NCBI RefSeq assembly: GCF_000150275.1
Contig: NW_002060979.1
Span: forward strand, 1-5,396
Length of the DNA stretch: 5,396 bases
From: Trichoplax adhaerens
Taxonomy: Eukaryota; Animalia; Placozoa
Direction of reading: 5' to 3'
In this document: positions 1-5,396 of the stretch, piece after piece
Numbering within the stretch: position 1 is the stretch's first letter
Layout: the number at the start of each line of letters is the position of its first letter
Position numbers and translations under genes: made by a program
Notes under the pieces: generated by a model
The model's database searches: none
What the model was told of the DNA's origin: nothing
Seen by the model: the letters and a program-made list of their open reading frames with translations, nothing else

Positions 1-162
1 TCTAGTTTGAATATTTATAACCCCCAAACACTACAGCTACAAATCACTCTACCATTCCCTCACTTCCAGATAGGGGACATGCAATGGAATCTTCAACACT
101 CTCAACTCATCATCAGGAGTGATCAGGATTACTGCTTAGCAAATCCAATGAAAAAGGAATAA
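1..162 (+). CDS. 3' end (5'-truncated) of a probable WD40-repeat protein, WRAP73/WDR8-like C-terminus
   Basis: Seen: frame +1 is open from base 1 to TAA at 160-162: SSLNIYNPQTLQLQITLPFPHFQIGDMQWNLQHSQLIIRSDQDYCLANPMKKE*. Knowledge/inference: the pattern L-x-I-Y-x-P...P-x-x-x-F-x-I-x-x-M-x-W-x(5)-L-I-I-x-S-x(3)-Y-C-L looks like a terminal beta-propeller blade and matches my recollection of the WRAP73 C-terminus. The TAG at 3-5 could alternatively be the splice acceptor of this last exon. Confidence 0.6.
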   Translation, partial: SSLNIYNPQTLQLQITLPFPHFQIGDMQWNLQHSQLIIRSDQDYCLANPMKKE

Positions 163-225
163 TATTTGCGTGAAATGTAAAATTAATCTTGTATCTTGTA
201 CCCAGTGCAATTTAACGAGAGTGTC

Positions 226-231
226 AATAAA
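226..231 (+). promoter_or_regulatory. candidate polyadenylation signal (AATAAA) for the WD40-like gene
   Basis: AATAAA about 60 nt after the stop codon; further overlapping AATAAA at 332-341. The hexamer is common by chance in AT-rich DNA. Confidence 0.3.
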
Positions 232-943
232 CTAAGTTAATATTGCTTCCATAATCAATGAAGATGATTGATGTGTATGCTGTACAAATGGATAAAGTAT
301 ACCCCTAATGTCAGTAAAACCAATACCCAAAAATAAATAAAGCAAAACATGATTAAAAGCAGTGTAGTCTATGTCTAGTCTATGGTCAATGCTATTGCTG
401 AGTTAGTTTAATGTCTATTACAAATCGTAGTCAAAGAGCGACTTGAAAGAGAAAAGGAAAAACATCTGTACAAAACATTGGTAAAATAGGAGAACATAAA
501 GATCAACATTGGGATGGAGAAAATGGATTGCAAAATTGCAGCCTATCTATCATTAAGCATCCCATCTAGTCTAAAGTAGATATTGATGACAGTCTTGTAA
601 TACTGTAGATGGCGATCTCTTCAGCTATTAATAAACTAAATTAACATTACTTCTATCAATCAAACATATCAAAATAACATAAGAAGATAAAATAGTCTGC
701 TAGCAAAGGCGATCATGACTGGAAGGGATATTGCAAAAAGAAAATCGTCTTACCTTGTTGTCCATGTTGTCTTCCACTTTTTCCCGACCCCAAAGGCGAG
801 ATTGCCTGCTTTCATTCTGTTTCTTACCTTGCTATCCACAGTTTACAAAGTAAATTAGTGATTTCAATTAGAGCCAAGAAAAGTAAATGGCGAGCATGCA
901 GTAAGCAGCGTGGCTGTGCGATACTTTCTCAGTCCTAGTGAGG

Positions 944-1258
944 TTACTCGGTTGATATCTTGCTTATAATATTGTCCGCTGTAGAGGCAATTCCTACTCC
1001 TACAGGGTGACAAGCGATTTTGCACAGTAGCTTGCAGCGCCGACTCTCTACTTAGTCTTCCTCTTCTTCTACTGCCTGCTAGAAGGCTTCTACACGTGAA
1101 ATGGCAGTCAACCAGTGAACATCTTTTTTTCTCACTTTCTTTTCCATACTACAGATTTCTCTCTTATACTTATTAATCTGTGCTTTTGACAGATATTGTT
1201 GGGTGTTAGCATTGTCATCTTGCTTAGCAGGTAAGTCTTTCAACCAGTTAAAGCAATC
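944..1258 (-). pseudogene. decayed coding-like fragment of unknown family
   Basis: One - strand frame reads DCFNWLKDLPAKQDDNANTQQYLSKAQINKYKREICSMEKKVRKKDVHWLTAISRVEAF*QAVEEEED*VESRRCKLLCKIACHPVGVGIASTADNIISKISTE*: 59 open codons (1258-1082) and only two internal stops (TAG 1081-1079, TAA 1054-1052) in about 104 codons, with charged, helical composition. CAAG|GTAAGA donor-like sites occur further downstream on the same strand (about 827 and 753). Confidence 0.3.
1193..1230 (+). other. candidate 38-nt exon (alternative reading to the - strand frame above)
   Basis: Pyrimidine-rich tract ending TTTTGACAG (AG at 1191-1192), and a consensus donor CAG|GTAAGT at 1231. Two open frames are hydrophobic (ILLGVSIVILLS or YCWVLALSSCLA). 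No partner exons identified. Confidence 0.22.
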
Positions 1259-1310
1259 TTAATCGATGTCATTTTAAACGCAAACCCTAACATTATTGCC
1301 ATAATATAAT

Positions 1311-1360
1311 NNNNNNNNNNNNNNNNNNNNNNNNNNNNNNNNNNNNNNNNNNNNNNNNNN
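1311..1360. other. assembly gap / spacer, 50 N
   Basis: Exactly 50 N. Confidence 0.99.
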
Positions 1361-1470
1361 CTTTATAATCAATTGCTGTCACTTATACAGTCCGTTTTTC
1401 CTTATTAGCTATCATTCCAAATTTCGCCAACTTGCTAAAGTTCATAATCAATTGTAAAGATAAACACGAG

Positions 1471-2131
1471 TACCTGCATATCTAGTTGTCATTTTCGATA
1501 GAATGTAGTTATTATTATGAAAGGTTTTGTAGAACTGTAGACAAATATCTGTTATATAATATATAATATAAGCATATAAGCATGTTACAAAATTTTTGAT
1601 AGCAGACTCTACCCTAAATTACAATGACTTGATGGACATTACTCAAGGTATTAAAGTAGAATAAGTATTGCCAGTTTTAACTTATTACAGATCGTCAACT
1701 TCCCAAGAGGATGACCAAAAACACAAGGAATTACTAAACTATAATTGACTAGTACAATAGACGAGTGGATATTTTGGATGAACAAGATAGAGAAGCAAGA
1801 ATGAGATACTCGATTTGATCACACAGTCTTGGGTGGGCTATGCGCCTTGCTGACGAAGATTGACCTAGAAGAAAATACTGACTGACTAGCTTTACTGACA
1901 TGGCAAGTTGTTCAATAAACTGAATTACAATCAAATGACTCATTATACTGTATATTATGACTATCATCCATGCCATTGCTTTTCACTTTCATTACTCTAG
2001 TGCAAGGATTACTTAAATATAGTATAATCAAAGCCGTCTGTATTCTTGAATCAACTATTGATCAACTAACATTTTCCTGTTGTCTGATCGTGTGACAAGT
2101 ACGCGTACTTGTGATGATAGGTGATCAAATT
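1471..2131 (+). repeat. copy A of a diverged ~0.7-kb direct duplication
   Basis: Hand alignment of 1604-1776 with 2871-3044 gives 31 mismatches and 1 gap in 174 columns (about 82% identity), including a perfect 28-mer AAAAACACAAGGAATTACTAAACTATAA (1717-1744 = 2985-3012). Clear similarity continues to 1945/3204. Patchier collinear matches occur at about 1471/2701, 1539/2774, 1970/3292, 2053/3370 and 2112-2131/3413-3430. Outer boundaries are approximate. Confidence 0.9.
1553..1582. repeat. TA-rich low-complexity tract ending in tandem TATAAGCA x2
   Basis: TATATAATATATAATATAAGCATATAAGCA read directly from the sequence. Confidence 0.7.
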
Positions 2132-2509
2132 GAATCTTATACTAGAGTCTATCGATGTGGCAGAAATAGGACAATCATCCATGATTCCTGTTAGGAATTG
2201 ATAGCTGCTTGAAGATTATTGGGATAAACATTTTCTATTACAATATGGACAAGGTAAGTAAGTTATGGCAGTACTAACATAATTCAAATGGAAGATGAAC
2301 CGTAGACATTACCACAACCTGTTTTGAGTATTGCTATAACTAAAAGAAGTAAGGCTGCAATATTGATTGACAATTTATCCACACTACATCAATTGAAGAT
2401 GCAGAATGAACTAATCATCCCCAAAATATCGCTAAGCACTGTTAATTACACGTCGATTGGCTTACACTAATAGCATCCCAGTGATTGCTCTGTTGATGCA
2501 GAATGTAGA

Positions 2510-2530
2510 CGATATAGATCGATATAGATC
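2510..2530. repeat. perfect 10-bp tandem duplication (CGATATAGAT x2)
   Basis: CGATATAGATCGATATAGATC read directly from the sequence. Confidence 0.85.
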
Positions 2531-2700
2531 AAGTGCAGGTGTTGATATCACTACCCTGCGCAATTTGATTTCATTCTCTCATTAGTGGCACTTAATTCTT
2601 TCAATTTCTTATATTGAGAAAATATAGGATTATGGAAAAGAGGCATTGACAATGACTTCACTCTATCGTGTGTAATTATCCTCGATGTTTCTTGCAGTGT

Positions 2701-3430
2701 AACTTGCAATCAGCCATCGCTGTCGGTACGGAAGATGAAGAGGCCAACCAGCATCATTATGACAGAGGTAAACAGACAGGTAATATATGTTACTGGATGT
2801 AATCTACATTGCAGAAATAGGATTATCATCACCATTATCGATCAAGGTGCATCCTGTATAATATTTTGGATGGCTTTACCCTTAATTACAATGACTTTGA
2901 TAGATACTATTCAAGGTATTAAAGTAGAATTGATAATGTCAATTTTAACTAATTACAGATGGTTAACTTTCCAAGAAGACGGTGAAAAACACAAGGAATT
3001 ACTAAACTATAACTGACTAAAACAATATACGGGTCGCTAGTTTGTAAGTAGACAAGGTACAGGAGTAAGAGTGAGAAATTTAATTTGATAACAGCCTTGG
3101 ATACTCTAAGTGCCTTGCTGACAAAGATTGGCCTATAAGAATATACTCTGTGACTGGAATAACAAGTTGTTAAACAAGCTGAATTGCAATCAAACGATTA
3201 ATTACGAGTCGTATAATTAATGATGATGACCTACTATATATACTGTTCCTGTATTGAAAGCCTTGAACTGATCAAGATACTTTGTAAACCATATACCATC
3301 ACTTGTTTTACTTTAGCAGTACCAATAAATGTTATTAAAACTTTGATATGCTCTAACTATTAAGCTCTAAACTATTGTCAATCTACCCTTCCTGAATTCT
3401 AATTTTATTTGCGTGATAATAGCTCAAATT
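2701..3430 (+). repeat. copy B of the ~0.7-kb direct duplication; probable decayed spliced gene or transposon fragment
   Basis: Same alignment as copy A. Retains intron-like segments 2916-2958 (GTATTA...CTAAT..CAG, 43 nt; 1648-1690 in copy A) and 3044-3094 (GTAAGT...AACAG, 51 nt). All three + frames contain stops. Confidence 0.88.
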
Positions 3431-3511
3431 CAACAACCAATTGAAAATAATTGATTGTTATTTCTTTCTTTGCAAACGGTGCTGTTGCATTATTCATTAA
3501 TAAACTCAAAG

Positions 3512-3640
3512 TCAATAATGTGATCGCATGACAGTCGAATAAATTTTCTTTCTACTTTTCTTCCCTATCTCACTCTTGGCGCTTTTTTGACGGACAAATT
3601 CGCTAATTACTTTTTCTTCATCAGCTCCATTAATAAACCG
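3512..3640 (-). pseudogene. short coding-like fragment or possible terminal exon next to the gap
   Basis: 42 open codons then TGA: RFINGADEEKVISEFVRQKSAKSEIGKKSRKKIYSTVMRSHY*. The strand is purine-rich and has a GCTAAC branch-like motif at 3645-3640. No family recognised. Confidence 0.2.
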
Positions 3641-3666
3641 TTAGCTTGAGCATCAAGATCAAGAAC

Positions 3667-3716
3667 NNNNNNNNNNNNNNNNNNNNNNNNNNNNNNNNNN
3701 NNNNNNNNNNNNNNNN
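3667..3716. other. assembly gap / spacer, 50 N
   Basis: Exactly 50 N. Confidence 0.99.
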
Positions 3717-3782
3717 TACTTTGATCTTAGCTTATTAGCAGGTTCATTTATTCCATACAAACCCTTAATACGAAAACGGATA

Positions 3783-4247
3783 TGTCGCAAACTAGATTTG
3801 AATGTAATAAGAGATCTTGCTCTAGAACACCAGTGACGATAAAGGCTAGTCTAACAAATGACTAATTACCGTAATTTAACCCTGATGACAACCTGAGTAG
3901 CGCACCTTAGCTAGCTTAAGTTATAATAATTAAAGTTTAGTTTATTATTACCATACGAATCTTGACAACCAAGTTTATATAGACTCCAGCCAACACACAC
4001 TCATGACTCGATCAGATCAGAAGCAACCAATAGTTACGACGGCCGCTTCTTATATACCCTCGCGTTAATATTCTAGTAAATATATAAGGTAATCTTCAAC
4101 TTAGAATTAATATACTTCAGAATGAGGCTACCTACAAGGGCTCAGTATGAGATATAGCATAAACAACATTAATGAATCTTAAATCAATTATGGATCAATG
4201 AAAGACCAATTAATATACGACGCTTAGTACGATACTATTTCGCAACA
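3783..4247. mobile_element. candidate solo LTR (465 bp)
   Basis: Begins TGTCGCAAA and ends TTCGCAACA (reverse complement TGTTGCGAA): TG...CA ends with a 7/9 inverted match. On the - strand, TATATAAG (4056-4049) is followed about 100 nt later by AATAAA (3946-3941), the usual U3-R-U5 order. No long ORF inside. Weakness: the flanks GGATA and TGGAG are not a perfect target-site duplication. Confidence 0.35.
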
Positions 4248-4351
4248 TGGAGCGTCGATAGTATTCTCCATTTTGGAAATTGATAATAGTGGTAATAAAA
4301 TATCGTTGTTCCTAATTAACCATCAATTACTACGGACATAAATTATCACAG

Positions 4352-5380
4352 CTATAAATAACAGTTAAGAGTTGTTTAGTAATATAAGACTAATTAATAA
4401 CTCACAATTTCGTACAATTTTCATCCATAAAGGAGTGAAGATTTACGGAGCCATACATGTACCGTAACAGGATATTTCAATAATCTGAAATTTTTAGTTT
4501 TCTGACCAAGAGATTATGGATACCTCAACTATCAATTTGAATATTAATATAGTCTAAATATTAACATCATCGCAGTGGATTTTTCTAGTCAGATATTCGA
4601 TACACTCTTAACAGAGATTAGATTTACGAATTAAACTGTATAACGTTTTCCTTTATCTTCCATATCCAGCACATATGGTAACTTATGGTTTTATATTACT
4701 TTCTTATTCAATTTTTCAACCGGATAATAATTTATGGTATTCATACGTCAACGAGTGATAATAGAAAGCAATTGCTAATTTTTTTAATTGTCAAGCTTTG
4801 ACCATCTGAGCAATAGCCAAAGTACCTTTATCCAAAACACAGTGGTTCATTTCTGCAATCTTAATATCGCAACCAGAAATGAAAATTGCGACACAAAAAT
4901 TCGAACCTGTTGCAAACGATAGCTTTATATCACGGCCTAAATGATTAGTAAAATCAAGTTTTCGATGAAATATTTGAATATAGAAGGCACAATATATGAT
5001 CAACTCGCTATGAAACGCTACAACCACAAACAAATTTGATCTTATAGAGCTATCAATCGTTCGTTGTTTAAGTATCAGAGAACAGACAGTTGGCAATTGA
5101 TCCTTACTCTAATAAACTTTTAATACTAAAACATTTTATAACAACAACTGCACCTCTAATCATAGACAAAATTGATCTTTTACAAAACTAAGTAAGCAAA
5201 AAACTGATTTTCTTGCAGTGTAAAATATGGCACAGCAATCAATATTATGCAATGGAAATCCATGAACACATTTCAGTTTTCTTGTATAAAATAAAATTAC
5301 TGCACGTATTTAGCCATTCGGCTCATTTGTTAATTAAAAGTCATGATATCTCGTCAAATTTGTATAAGCAGTTAATCCTA
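4352..5380 (-). pseudogene. fragmented NLR-like (NACHT-associated region plus ribonuclease-inhibitor-type LRR) pseudogene with introns
   Basis: In order on the - strand: RINCLYKFDE (CLY at 5370-5362; resembles the NLR HD2 'hCLyE' motif); after a frameshift, KLKCVHGFPLHNIDCCAIFY (5279-5220; resembles 'LtpxDCxAlxyvL'); an intron-like segment 5107-4937 (GTAAGG...TACTAATCATTTAG); then RDIKLSFATGSNFCVAIFISGCDIKIAEMNHCVLDKGTLAIAQMVKA*QLKKLAI (LRR_RI-like LxxLxLxxCxLxxxGxxAIAxxLK, with the pattern continuing past TGA 4793-4791); further intron-like segments 4746-4554 (GTATGA...TTTAG) and 4405-4352 (GTGAGT...TATAG). Multiple stops and frameshifts. Family call is by eye only. Confidence 0.5.
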
Positions 5381-5396
5381 TATGAAAATCAATCTA

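Noticed and set aside
268-861. Alternative genetic code (TAA/TAG = Gln): frame +1 has no TGA for about 197 codons, and TAR codons elsewhere sit in Gln-compatible positions
   Set aside because: At this base composition several TGA-free runs of this length are expected by chance across six frames. The best real CDS (1-162) uses CAA/CAG for all 8 Gln and ends in TAA. The duplicated unit also has in-frame TGA and shows no codon-position bias.
1749-1976. Supplied 75-aa - strand ORF
   Set aside because: It lies within repeat copy A, has no recognisable motif, and the alignment to copy B contains 2-nt indels that break this frame; likely spurious.
1717-3012. Perfect 28-bp repeat pair as a CRISPR repeat or recombination site
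   Set aside because: Only two copies, 1268 bp apart, embedded in a longer diverged duplication; no spacer array or cas genes, and the context is eukaryotic.
2735-3016. Supplied 93-aa + strand ORF as a functional gene
   Set aside because: The equivalent frame in copy A has a frameshift and a TAA, substitutions look neutral, and the ORF runs through a putative intron.
3095-3160. SAM-domain-like LSALLTKIGL*EY in copy B
   Set aside because: Too short, contains a stop, and there is no frame-specific conservation over the whole alignment.
1471-3430. RIP (repeat-induced point mutation) as the cause of the stops
   Set aside because: CpA and TpG remain abundant by eye, and the differences between copies include many transversions and indels; no RIP index was computed.
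3655-3728. AAGATCAA / TTGATCTT inverted match on either side of the second gap
   Set aside because: Only 8 bp and it does not extend; compatible with chance.
4791-5096. Supplied 101-aa ORF as a complete gene
   Set aside because: It starts at TTG, its first half is intron-like, and the LRR-like pattern continues past its stop; treated as part of the pseudogene.

Overview
AT-rich (roughly one-third GC by eye) eukaryotic draft-assembly DNA in three segments (1-1310, 1361-3666, 3717-5396) separated by two spacers of exactly 50 N, so linkage between segments is unproven. There is no intact full-length gene, RNA gene, CRISPR array or prokaryotic operon. Supported content: (1) the 3' end of a probable WD40 gene resembling the WRAP73/WDR8 C-terminus (1-162, +), absent from the ORF track; (2) a decayed, protein-like frame on the - strand (944-1258); (3) a diverged direct duplication of about 0.7 kb (about 1471-2131 and 2701-3430), about 82% identical in the hand-aligned core, with very short intron-like segments and a neutral substitution pattern, possibly a transposase relic; (4) a candidate 465-bp solo LTR (3783-4247); (5) a fragmented, spliced NLR/LRR-like pseudogene on the - strand (about 4352-5380), of which the supplied 101-aa ORF is only a partly intronic piece. 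I do not see convincing evidence for a new biological system; this looks like a region of decayed genes and repeats. All protein-family calls come from motif recognition by eye and need database confirmation.
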